From assembly GCF_902652985.1 (NCBI RefSeq), contig NC_047016.1, positions 46,562,001 through 46,626,000 of the forward strand: a DNA stretch of 64,000 nt, in the 5' to 3' direction. The DNA is from Pecten maximus (Eukaryota). Both the position numbers and the translations under genes were made by a program. Below the pieces are notes generated by a model, which worked only from the letters and a program-made list of their open reading frames with translations, was not told where the DNA came from and did not search any database. Below, piece by piece: positions 13,596 through 26,700 of the stretch (positions are counted from its first letter, which is position 1; the number at the start of each line of letters is the position of its first letter).

Positions 13596-13911
13596 ATGGT
13601 GAACCGTTTTAGGTTATTGTTCATTTATTTCAGATATCTATATTTGAATTAAGGATATCTCTATCGACAATTGCATCACAGATATATGTATCTGAATTAT
13701 ATATATATACTGTATGCATGTAGATTAGATATATCTCTAATTAATTCAGAGCTATAGACATCTGTATTTATATATATCAATCTAAATACAGATATCGAAA
13801 TTGAATACTTTATTCTATAATTATTTGATAAATGCAATCTGAATTCAAAATACAATGTATTTAAATACAGATGTCTGAATTGAAATAGGTAAAACCCAAA
13901 TGGTTTGTCGT
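13596..13911. mobile_element. Degenerate copy of the AGATATCT foldback MITE seen at 59097-60348
   Basis: Ends tatggtgaaccgtttt... and aataggtaaaacccaaatggtttgtcgt resemble the TIR of the intact copy. Interior has agatatctcta repeats. Confidence 0.6.
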
Positions 13912-14281
13912 TTCAATTAAGGGCATATATATATGTGCATTTATGGCATTTTACGAATAGATAATTTTACAGCATACTAGGCTATATTGCTGAATTGCTT
14001 AATGACTGAAGTGGCATACAAGGGCAGATAGTGTTGAGCTTCCAGTTAAGCTTTTTAGATAGGAAAATAAAAAAATCTGGTAGATCTACTCTTTTTTACT
14101 CCCTGCAATCCGGATATTTGGTCCACTTTGCTTCATTTTATAGACTTGCCCAAGACCGACCAATCAGATTATTGCTTACATCGTTAGCGTGTAACCGGTG
14201 AAACTTGTGGCAGACGAAACTTACAGACTTAGGCCTGGACCCAGAGCACAAATCTGGTAAAACCCCTGCCCAGAGAGAAAG

Positions 14282-17200
14282 ATGGCATCAAATAAAAAGA
14301 AGATATGCATTATTGGATCGGGAAACTGGTACGTATATTTTATTGAATATGGTGGATATTTTGTCATTTGAAACGGTCTCAACATAATGCTTGGTGTAGA
14401 ATTTCGACCTTGTTAGTAACGCAACATGTATAAGCCTATACCGGTAGCGTAATTCACCTCTAGCAGTCTACTAGGGCTGCAATTTAGGCCGCTGGTTGGC
14501 CGATTTATTTTTTTATCGCATGTTATGCCGACTACGACACAGTGCCTGTCAAAAAGTGCTGTAGTATGCCATTACACAACTGACAAAACAGTAGCATATA
14601 GCCTAAGGCTAGACGAGGCATCAAGCCAGAGAGCCTTGAACTGTTACAGATAAAAGCAGTTAACGGTCGACTTATACATCATTTTATATTCTTCTGTCTA
14701 GTAATCTACCTACAGCGTTGTGAATCTCATTAATGACACCTATTAAGTATAATGATAACAACTGTACCAACTGTCATCCAAAAGGGAGTTATCATTTTGT
14801 GGTGTAAAAGAAGTGGGTCAGTGTGGCTTTATATATGGTGTGCTATTGTGTAAACCACTACAAAATAGTCTCTGTCACTCAGCTGACAGAATCTGCATAT
14901 GCTTCTCTTTGGTTCAGTTGGCAAAGACATGAACTTAGACTGTTTTATGTGATGATAATAAACCTATTTACGTAATAAACCCATTTGTGTAGACGGTAAA
15001 CTATTAAACCTGTTGTAAGTTATTACAAATAAGAATATACAAGGGATGACCTGGAATATTGATTTCCTTAGGAGAGATGTACGTACCTGTTAAAGGGTGA
15101 GACTTGATGCACTTTATATTTTTATCTGGCTGAACAGGTTCATGATCGCTTATAATCAAAATAAGGATGATCACTTACAATCTGATCAGAATAAGGAAGT
15201 TGCCAATCATTAAAGAAAAGTTAAGTGTCTAAGTATAAATATGACTGGGAAAAATCACTGTCCAAATAAAAAAAAAGGTTGGATATTATTTTTTGATATT
15301 ATTAAACATGCCAAAAAAGCAAGAAAAGAATAATGCATGTTTTATTGGTGTCAACTTTAAGATAATACAAGTTTAAGAGTGTTAATCGCTGCCTTGACCC
15401 ATAAAATATATTCTTAGAAGAATTGCTCCATAAAAGCATGGTTAACATAAAAGTGAAATCTAATCCCTATGTGAATTTTCAGTTTTATTATTAATTAAGT
15501 AATTGAAGAATAGGTTTTATGTCCACAGCCAGTATTCATATTTTTAAAAATGTCAGAAAACTGTGTTCAGGTCTATTCTCGTCATACTGGCACTAGGCGT
15601 CACTTTCACACTTGTGATGTCACAACTCAGAATCTATCTATAGCGGTACACCCATAGCCACCTGATGATACAATAGTGCTGTAACGGTACAGTCATAGCC
15701 ACCTGATGATAAAATAGTGCTGTAACGGTACACCTACAGCCACCTGATGATACAAAAGTGCTGTAACGGTACAAACATAGCCCTGTAACGGTACACCCAC
15801 GGCCACCTGATTATACAATAGTGCTGTAACGGTACGGCCACCTGATGATACAACAGTGCTGTAACGGTATACCCATGGCCACCTGATGATACAATAGTGC
15901 TGTAACGGTACACCCACGGCCACCTGATGATACAATATTTAGGGATTAGGCAATGGAATCTGAACCCTGAGCAAGCCTTGTGTTTGTCAACTATAGAATT
16001 ATCTTCCTTTGTTGAGACCCTCTTGTCTGTTGATATAGTTGTACAGTACAACAGTGGTAAAACTGAGAACAGATTTTCAAAAACACAAGATATGAAGACC
16101 TTTCAAATGATTTTTTTTTTAAATATCAAAAAAATCTAAAACTATTTTAAAATAGGTATGATTTTGAATTTTTATTACCAGGTAAAAAAATGCTAAGGTG
16201 AGATTGAGGTATAAGGCAATAACTTGACAATGTATATTGTATATGAAAATGAAAATGAATATAAATTTATATATTGATAAAAAAATGAAAAAAAAATAGT
16301 AATAGCAGTCTGGTAATAGCACTTAATACTTTACAATACTGAAACCTCATGATCACCTTATTAAACATTACTACAATGCAGCTTCCAACACAGGTACTGG
16401 AAAAACAGATAGCCACTAACCACAGACCTTTAAAAAAAGTCAAGTGACATACAGGTATACTCACCTGAGTTGGACTTTAAACCTTCAAATATTTTTCTCC
16501 TCATGTTTATCTACAAAGTCTGACAATTGGGAACATGCTGTGTACATGTTTTTAAAATACTGATAGAACATTGATCAATAATTGTTTTACTGGGAGTATT
16601 AAATAAGGCTATCATAACATCAGGAATCATGATAATCTATCAAATAATAGAATAACTTCTAACATGTGGCTTGGCAGTACAAAGTTTCTAAAAAGAACCA
16701 CAGATATCATTAGACTTCTTCAAATTTATGATTGCTGTGTGGTGATGTTATGTTTCTTTGGTGGGCAGTGAAAAAGGAACTGTTTTCTTGTTTGGGAGCC
16801 TAAAGAAAATAGAATTCTAGGGATTTTTAGTCAACCACATCAGATGATGGGCTATGCAAATCCTCCCTTGTCCATGGTCTGTCATCTGTCCATCTGACAG
16901 TAAACAATCCTAGTTAATGCAATTTCTGGAAGGAAGTACTGGAAGGATTTTCCTCAAACTTCATTTGTAGGTGTCGCCATGGTCCCTTGTTGTGCCCATT
17001 TAATTTTGAGTCTGATTTAGAAAACAAAATGGCCACCAGGCGGCCATCCTTGATTTTGACAATTGAACTTTGCTATCACTATTTCGTGAGAAGGATTTCT
17101 CTTAAAAATCACATGCAGCCTTAGGTTTGTCTTGGTCATTAGTTGTGCTTATTTGATTTTTTTTGTCTGATCCAGAAAATGAAATGGCTGACAGTTGAAC

Positions 17201-20200
17201 TTTAATATTGCTATTTCTAATTCACAGACAGTTCTTCTTAGATCTCTTTTAGATTTCATACATAGAGTTCCTTGTTATCAAATAAAGTAGATCCCTCTTA
17301 GATTTCATATAGAGATCTTGTTATCAAATAAAGTAGAGAAAAGATCATATATAGAACCAATAAAATCATTTAATGGTGGGCATTGTAAGATCCCTCCGAG
17401 ATCTTTTATACAGATGTACTAAGTCAGATAAAAAACCCACTGGATTTAGAAATGTTATGAAACTAACTAAGCTTTACTAGACTTTGGCCAGTTGAAATGA
17501 GTTGATACAACCTGGTTTTGAAACTTTGATTGCTGTCCCTGGTTTGGTCAGCAAATAAGATAAGCCCAGATCACATTCCCTGTTAAGTTCACTTTCACCT
17601 CACCTGTCAACAGTTGCTTTGAAATAAATAATGTTGAAATGGTCTATTTATCACCAATTGATAAAGCTTGGGTTCCAACACATTTTCTTTTTGGTACTTT
17701 TAGCCATTAGCAAATGTACACTTTGAGAGAACATGTAACCTCCAAAAATGATTAAATGGTCTTTTTGTCTAAGATAGCATTATAAAGTTACCTTTATTAA
17801 TGTCATCTGTTGTAAACATTGCTTCATTGTTAAGAAAATGTTTAAATTCATTGTGAAACATTTGATAAAACACTAGGTGCAATTAGCAAAAGCTCACGAA
17901 AGAAAACATTATACATGTTGTTTACATCAAAATGTGTAGAAAAATCTCTATCAAATGACATTTACACTATTTTTTATTTGTTCCTCTTCAACAAGATCTA
18001 TACCCCCAGCAAGAAAATCAATTGAACCATCGTATCAATAATACAACTATCTCTGTTTAACATTTAACATTGGCAAAATTTAGAAAAAAAATAATTGCAC
18101 ATGAAAATTAATGAAAAGTTCATGCTTCACCAGGGAATGTAAATGTAAATTTTATTCAATTTTACAACTATTGCAAAACAAATTATGATATTAATCATGC
18201 TTGTTGGCCTGGATGGAAACATGTGAGAATTGTCTTACTGTGGGATAAAAACCAGAGTAACTGGGGAAAACGCATGTGGTCGGGCAGGCCCCTATACCTT
18301 TTCATGTCTAGTCTGCGAGTGTGTTACCTCAGTGCTACCCGACCACTGACTGGTTACTCTCCAAAACTAAGAATAAATATTCAACCTTTTCTTTAGGGGA
18401 GATAGCCCTTATCAAAACTGAACTTTCGAAAGTTTTATATCCCAGCAATTAGTGAATTACATTAATTTGATACCCCAAGTAATAAAGTCATGAATTTAAT
18501 CACATTATCAATTATTTGTAAGCTTATGACATTGGTAAAATGTTGAGAAAAAAAAATTAATTCATTGTTTCACATATGATACCAGTAACTGGTGAAAAAT
18601 AAAGGAAAATAGCCCATTGAAAAAATGTCAAGCTTCACCAAGGGCGATAATCCTTATAAAAAATCTAGACTAACTTCTTTATTTGCAGGGGTTCAGCAAT
18701 AGCCAAAATAGTTGGTAACAATGCGCTGGCAATGCCGGACAAATTTGACACTGAAGTGCGTATGTGGGTGTTTGAAGAGATGGTTAAAGGGAGGAAACTC
18801 ACTGAAATCATCAACCAGGACCACGAAAATGTCAAATATCTTCCAGGACATCAATTGCCTCCCAATGTTGTAAGTTGTTTGTGATTTTAAGAAATAGTTT
18901 TGTCAGTTGATGTCTTATATAAAGAAGTTAAATTAAAAGTGATGAAATTATTTGCCTCCCAATGTTGTAAGTTGTTCGTGATCTTAAACAAATATTTATG
19001 TCAGTTGTTGTCTTATATAAAGATGTTAAATTAAAAGTGATGAACATTTATTATGATCTAATGCTATAATGATACTTGAGTATTATTTTAACTTGGTTAT
19101 AAAGAGTCAACATCTTTTTATACTAAAATCAAGATTGTTTGGTGAAATATTTCATGTTGATGGACCTGGATACTGAAATGATTTCTGACAAGGACTAGTT
19201 TCACTATCGCAGATATCATATGCATATAAATTGCATTACAATATAGAGGTAGTGAATCTAATCTGAATATAAGTCTATAAGTAGATAGCTGTTATCTGGT
19301 ACATTTTCTGGATATTTGAATAGATCAAAAAAATTGTTTTAATGTGGTACTTTCACTACATTGCTATACAGTATTATTGACCACTACTAATGTCCCCTCA
19401 ACAACGTGAAAACAGTATTACGTAATGTCTTTCATTTAAATTATAGCTCTTGTACTTTGAACAGCACTAAGAATCAATATCATTCGTATGACAAACAGTT
19501 ATTGCATATACAACTGTTGGTTGTTTGGATATATAGTTTACATAAAAAGTCAAATGACAGAATAAGATTACTCAGACAAGATGATAATTTCTGGTTAAAT
19601 GTATACATACACATGTGCTATGTTGCAAGTTATTCAACAGATACAAATTAAGTTTGATACTTTAAAGTATTTCTTGGACTGTGATTTGCTTTTATGAGAT
19701 GTCTTTGGTATATATTAACCAGTATTATGTTTTCACCTGATATCTGATATTTCCTGATATATATATGTTAATGTAAGTCTGAAACTTTTGATACATTATG
19801 TAATATTTCTATTCCTGAATTCTAGGTTGCTATACCAGATGTCAAAGATTCTGGTGAGGGAGCCGACATCTTCATTTTCGTCTTGCCACATCAATTTGTC
19901 AGGGGTGTGTGTGACAAATTGAAAGGAAATGTGAAAAAAGATGCCATCGCTGTCTCTCTTATCAAGGTTTGATATCTCTTTGCCTGGCCCACTGGGCCAA
20001 TCCCATTCTTCTCTGCTGCTTTTTCTGTTGTCATGGTTTCCTATAAAACACTCCAATTATTGCAAAGTTAACTTTTTTTTACAAAATGGCATAAACCGAT
20101 ATAAACTATCATTATTTTCAAATTCTTCAAATTGTATTCACCTCTTTTGTGGTTTAATATGTGTTAGTCTGATTTGATATGCAGCATCCTTAAATGAAGG

Positions 20201-23200
20201 AGTGAATGTTGTATATAATGATATTGTGGCGAGTTCTCGGTTGGGTAAAGAACAATGAACATGTGATAAGTCTGGAGCATTTATCATATTTGCACAAAAT
20301 AAAATGTGTATACATAAATAACATATTTTTTCAGGGTTTCGATGTAAAAGAAGGGGGTGGTATCCTCTTGATTTCATCAGTCATCAGAGAGATGCTGAAT
20401 ATACCGTGTGCTGCTTTGATGGGTGCTAACATTGCAAATGAAGTCGCAAAGGAAAACTATTGCGAGGCAACAATAGGTACATTGATGATAAAGATTAACC
20501 TGAATTTACAAAAAAAAAAATGTATTATGGATGAAAACATTGATATAAAGCCATACATTTTGCATCAACCTCAGAACAGCTTGTTGTATGAGATTATTAA
20601 ACTTTATCGAACGCCTCAATCTGTTAACTATACAATATATATATTAGGATATGACACATTCTAGTTGTGTTTCATTCTAACCAGTCAGCATGATATGATC
20701 ATGAGATGGCCTCAAAATTTCCAGTGATTTCAGAATCATCTACAATGTATTTAATTGTAATTATAAAGGCATATACATGTATATTGAATGCAAAAAACAT
20801 GAAGTCGATATTAAGGATTGTTTGATTTGATTTGAATTGTATCGCTGAATAACATCATTTTACAGAGGACCAACCATAGATTTTAGTCAGATTGTTGAAT
20901 AATGTTTAGGGCCAAGACAACAGGTATACAGGTGTTTCATCTCCATTGTGTTTAATACATGTATCTAACATCTTTGGTGAAGGCTGCAGTCACCCGGACT
21001 ATGGTGCAATCCTTAAGGACATGTTCCAGGCAGACTACTTCAGGATCGTAGTCTGTGACGATGAGACCACAGTAGAAGTGTGTGGAGCATTAAAGGTGAA
21101 TGTCAGAATAATATCTAATTTTCGTATTGCCTGCCTTCAGACTACCTTTTCGTATGCCTGTCAAATTTTGACAATGTATTACAGAATAATGACTATTTTT
21201 GTCTGTCTTTCAACATGTAGGTACCAGTAAATTCATTAAAATACCTTATTAATAGTTCTTTTTAAAATACAGTGTTGCAATATTAATTTTTTGCTTGGAT
21301 GTTCCAACAGAATCTAATGTTGATTCAATGAATTCTGTTTCGTGAAAATTATTTTTGTTTTTATTGTAAAAGTTTTAAGATGTAATACTAGTACATATAT
21401 TCCTGTGAAATTCTTGTGATTATTTTGATTGTGACAGATGAGAATGTATATTGTTCCAACTCACTGAATAAAGCATAATAACATAATTCATCATGCATTC
21501 TACAAGAATTACCTGGTAAGATGTTGTTTTTTCTGTGCTGTAGAACATTGTGGCAGTGGGAGCTGGATTTGCTGATGGTCTTGGGTATGGGGACAACACA
21601 AAGGCAGCGGTCATCAGACTTGGACTGATGGAGATGGTCAAATTCTGTGAAATTTTCTATCCAGGTATTATATCATGTCAATTTATAACGTCTTGATAAA
21701 ATACCAATACTGGTATACTTACCATAAGATAGAGTACTTAATAATCTTAATACATTTACATGATGAAAGGGTAAATTTATCTTTAATTTATCAATATGGA
21801 TGAAATATTTGAACTTAATCAATCCTAGGATGATAAGAAAGCAAATTGCATCAGGGCATTTAGTCCTGTCAATTTCAATATGGAAAAGGAAAATATTGAT
21901 GGGGCTTTAGAGGTTATAGGTTTGGTATGAAAATTGTACTCAGGAACAAGAATATTTCCTAGGTGTCTAAATGAAGACTTAGCCTGCATATCTCCCTGTT
22001 CCATTATGTTCTGTTAATTCTGTGTTTCACGAAGTGTTGGACATTCCTTTTCACATACAGGTTTCCTTAAGTACTTACTTGTACATGAAGGGATATTCCT
22101 CAAATTTCATATGCAGGTTCTCTATGGTTGTTTATCAACAAGTTGTTTCATGTTGAAATAGATTGAAAGAACCAAATGGCTTAAGTTAGATTTTGACAAG
22201 GCAATATGTTATTGCAACTTCTCAAAAAGTGCTAGAGGAATCTTTCTCACATTTTCTGTACAATTTGGCCCTTAGTTTTCGATATGTGAGCTTGATTGGG
22301 AAATGACTACCAACGTGAAATTTTAACAAGCATACATGCCCCTATCGGCCAACACTGAAAATAGTAAAGGACCTTGACCTTGATCCAAAAATCCTAAAAC
22401 CCAAACTTGTCCAAGTTATTATGGTCTTTTAAAAATTTTGTGAAGTTTGATCAAAATCCCTCCTGGAATGAAGCCACTAGAGTGTTGACAAATTTGAGCA
22501 AGTGAGAAAAAAGTATTTAGTTCTAAGATGTAATGATTTCTCGCAATATTTGTATTAAGGATATTACTCTACAAGGAGATTGACCCAGCAGGTATTTTGT
22601 AGACTTTGAAGGACAGTTCCTGTGTAAGATATGTAAACACAACTTGTTCTCTGTCTAAACACATTCCATGTCACAGACACTGACCTCACTCTGACCAGTA
22701 CACACCTCATTTCTGACCAATGTTTAGATACCTTATTTTGTTTAAATTCTTTCACAGATTCCAAACAAGCAACGTTTCTTGAAAGCTGTGGAGTGGCCGA
22801 CCTTGTCACTACATGTTACGGTGGCAGGAACAGAAGGGTTGCTGAGGCCTATGCTAAAACTGGAAAGGTATGTTCAACCTATCAGAAAATTGTAATTAAT
22901 ACCTAAAGAATTGTGTTGTTTTTAATGGAAAACTGATCTTGAATGATTACAAGAGAATATGATTTTATTAATAATTGCATTTTCACACTGATCAAGAAAA
23001 CTACATTTTCTGCTCCTTAAACGCAATGCTGGAATTTGACAAAACAGTATTGAAAATTTCATTTCAGAACAATATGACATTCTGATTTATCTACAATAAA
23101 GACTTGTTGATCTAATGGCTTCAATGTATAACTTCCCAATTGTTGAGACACTCCAGTCTCTTCAACATGTCAGATGATTTTTTTTGTGATGTATGTGGTA

Positions 23201-23727
23201 TTTATTAAATTGACCCAAAATAACCAAAGGTACGTGAATGAAATACACACCTGCCTCCCCAAAAATAGTTGTTACCCTAAAAATTAAACCGCAGCAGGAA
23301 TATTCAACCACATTTACAGTAAGTAATGTGTGTGTAATACATGATTTGTCTGTTGTAGAGCATAGAAGAATTGGAGACTGAAATGTTGAATGGCCAAAAG
23401 TTACAGGGCCCTCCTACAGCATATGAAGTCAACTACATGCTCAAGGCTAAAGACATGGAACAAAAGTATGTGGAAGTTTTAAATCTATTTTTACATAATA
23501 TACTCAACTGTCAGACCAGGACAGATATATGTCCCCTCTTTTGTCAGACAAAAAGTTAAATCTCTTGTTGAAATCAAATAGCTCCGGATCAGAATTCAAA
23601 AGATTTTACAACATGTTGTATTTGTTTCAGGTTCCCCCTTTTCACAGCCATCCACAATATCTGTAAGGGTAACTTAGATGTCAGCAAGTTCATGGATTGT
23701 TTGAAGAACCACCCAGAACACATGTAA
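14282..23727 (+). CDS. GPD1: Glycerol-3-phosphate dehydrogenase [NAD+], cytoplasmic (352 aa)
   Basis: Exons 14282-14328, 18689-18869, 19826-19966, 20335-20476, 20983-21095, 21544-21664, 22758-22867, 23359-23465 and 23631-23727 total 1059 nt, all GT-AG and in frame. Motifs: [81 protein letters not shown]-terminus NHPEHM*. Confidence 0.97.
15641..15937. repeat. 41-bp minisatellite, about 7 units, in GPD1 intron 1
   Basis: Unit CCACCTGATGATACAATAGTGCTGTAACGGTACACCCACGG. Confidence 0.9.
16825..17408 (-). mobile_element. Degenerate pearl/Helentron-like element (same family as 9490-9882)
   Basis: Shares the hairpin end, the tctgtc/ccatc microsatellite, the core aaaatggccaccaggcggccatccttgattttgac and the terminal aatggtgggc...gatccctccgagatct. 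Confidence 0.55.
18225..18345 (-). mobile_element. Possible degraded tRNA-derived SINE fragment (V-domain-like)
   Basis: aaaaccagagtaactggggaaaacgcat resembles the GAAACCGGAGTACCCGGAGAAAACCCAC central SINE motif. Heavily diverged. Confidence 0.35.
18855..19044 (+). repeat. 97-bp tandem duplication spanning the GPD1 exon-2 splice donor
   Basis: ttgcctcccaatgtt|gtaagttgtt...ttaaattaaaagtgatgaa begins at both 18855 and 18952. Confidence 0.9.
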
Positions 23728-26700
23728 AACAGCCTAAAGACTTTACAGCTCAGTGAACTGTACACCATTACGTAGCTTTGTTCATTTCTTCTTTTTGTTA
23801 TTCATTTGAGGGACATACAAACATATCTTTCTCTTGTTTTTAATTCAGTTATAGAGATATAATTTGTTTTTACTATGTGATTAACTTGGTTCAGGTGCAT
23901 GATATCTGAACATAACTGTATGGTGCATGTGGTTCTGTATAATTTGGTTTAGACATTCTTGTCATCACGTTCTGTGATAATTTACATTTTCTCATACACC
24001 CTTGGTTAATTATAATCATACTTCAGTGTATTATGGTATTGCTGGTGATTAATCAGAAAAAGAAATTTTTATATCAAATATCATTTCTGTGCTCTGACAC
24101 AGTGTCATCATCTTAAAAACTCAACTTGTCCAGAAGGGGTGAATGGATTTTTGATCAATGATCATAATGTACACATTGACTTTGTAGAAAGACCTATTTA
24201 TAGGTGCTGTTGGACAGTGTCAGTGTTGGTCATGATGGCCTGTAATAGAGTGAGATCTGCTTTGTATCTATGTCATGTGGTATAACAGTACAATTCCTAA
24301 ACAAGCACTAATGGATTCATCAGTGTTACCAGGCCCCAGTTTCATCAATGTCTCTAGGAATCTTAGTTTAATAATAAATTTTCCTTAATATTCTGTTGTT
24401 TTTACGACCTGGTGTGTTAGATTTTAAATTTTCTTTAAGTTAATGAACATTGATGAAACTAGCCAGGATTGACTAAGGGTCTGCCCCTGCCCCTGAGGAC
24501 TTTGTATGAAAACTCTACAGGCAAGCGTCTGTTTCAATACAAACAGAATCTGCTGTTCGCCACTCCATAAGGCTACGCATTGACATTTAACCTTTACTAT
24601 CTGTGCTCACACTATTTCTTTTCCATACTGTATACTTGGAGACTTTAATTTTCGACACAAACACACACTAAGATCAAGACAGAGGGAAAATGTTGAGAAC
24701 TACTAACTGTAAATATCTTATGTATGGTCAGGAATAGGTTGAGACATTTATTTTGTTTGAGGGTGAATTTTCCTGAGAGGACTGTTTTGAGATATGCAAA
24801 AATGTAATCATTATAGGGGAAAAAAGAATTTTTTATGTGCAAAAAGTATTTTAGAAAATTATGCTAAATCCTCACTCATCTCTGTCTTCTTTATAGCATG
24901 TTTTTAACAGAAATGCAACTGTTGAGTCAAAATCAGTCAAATATTGCTCTAAACTAAACATTTTTAGATGATTTCCCTCCAAACACCTTCCCTGTGAATG
25001 GCCAATGTGTTTTTACTGGAGACACCATCAGATACTGAGTTGGCTACCATTAGACATTTAGATCTAAAATATGTATTGTATTGTTTGTTGACTTACCCAC
25101 ACAAATTGATTTTAACGATGAGGACATACAAGAGTTAAGAATTGAGAATTAAGAAAAATTAATATACACTTTTAATATATCTTAGCATTCAAAGTATTAT
25201 TATTTCTTGTCATACAATAGCATTATGATTTTACATTTCAGAATAATAAAAGCCACTCAGTCAAGTAAAATTTCTTTGTTGTTCTTGTGGATTTTGAAAT
25301 TGAAATACCAGCATTGGTTATAGATTCATAATTTGTTTCTTTTCTTATTTAAATACTGAAAACAAATTCCATATAGAAATAATTATCGCTCCAACCTTGA
25401 ATTCTTTGTTTTTGGAAAAACTTACTTCAACAACTTCTAGAATTGGTTCCATTCAGCATATAAAGGATGTAAAATACAAATTTTAAAATATTGGTTGGTC
25501 AAAAGGGAAAAAAACATACATTAAACAACTTTTCCTATAAAGTTGTTTAATTTAGCGTGAGCACAGGCTGTAAAGTTACATATAGTTCCTAGGTGTGAAG
25601 ATCAAAATAACAATAATACTGGGATAGTTCTCTACCAACGCCAAACCCTATAAGCACATACATGTACTTGGTATAAATTGATCTTTATTGGACTTGCTAT
25701 GAAGCATACTGGTGTTATGAGCCCAGAAAGGGAAAAGTTGCAATACACTTTACTACAATCAATAAGACTATTTTGCCATGGTTGCTTAAATATATCGTGC
25801 ATTTAAGATATAATTGTATATTAGAACTGAACTCGGGGAAACAACAGGTATAGCCATATTATGTACTCATCAATATCTGCTAGAATGCTTTACTTTTTTT
25901 TTAAAGTTTGCGGAGTACAAACAAGTTGACTTGAAGAATACACCAAACCTATATGCTGCTTATTACAATGTATTATCATTATCTTATATACTGTATGTGT
26001 ATATCGCCTAATGCTATGCAATTATAATGTTGTGTTGAATGTTTGGTGATGCTGAACCCAGGGCTCCATCAATCTGGCAGTCCCTACCAGTTATTTATGT
26101 ATATATACAAATTTCATAGAAATTCAAATTTAATATATATATATATATATATAATCAGTGTATACATGTATGTGTGCTAGTGGAATGAAGTAAACAAAAG
26201 CACAAAAAAAATTCAAAGTTGATTGAAATGCTGTCATATATAACATTAATTATTAAAAGTAATATATTATAATAGTACGGTGGCTGTGTTCATGTTTGTG
26301 ATTATTTATCAGTATAAAATGATTTTATAACATATCAGACGTAACAATGTTGTATGATATTGTTCACAGGAACATGGCATAAATTTCCAATCGCATGTAT
26401 GTAGTTGTACATGTGTGCATATATTATATGTACATATATTGTACTGTAGATTGGGAATTTGTGACAAGTCCCTGTGGTTTTGTACAGATTCCACTAAACC
26501 CCATCTTCCATCAAAAGTTAATTTCAAAAGAAATTGAAATTTCATATTCTTTTATTTCAAAATAGTAATACTGTATCAATAATGAAGATGAAGAGAAGGA
26601 AAGTAAAAATCATCAAAATACCAGTGATTACTAACTCTGCTGATTCATCCTTTTTATTACCATATCAACGTCTTCCATTGTTAATTCTTAAGCTGTTGTC

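Noticed and set aside
23725-23775. GPD1 stop-codon readthrough giving a peroxisomal PTS1 extension
   Set aside because: The stop context is TAA-A rather than TGA-CTA, and the extension would end YTIT*, which is not a PTS1.
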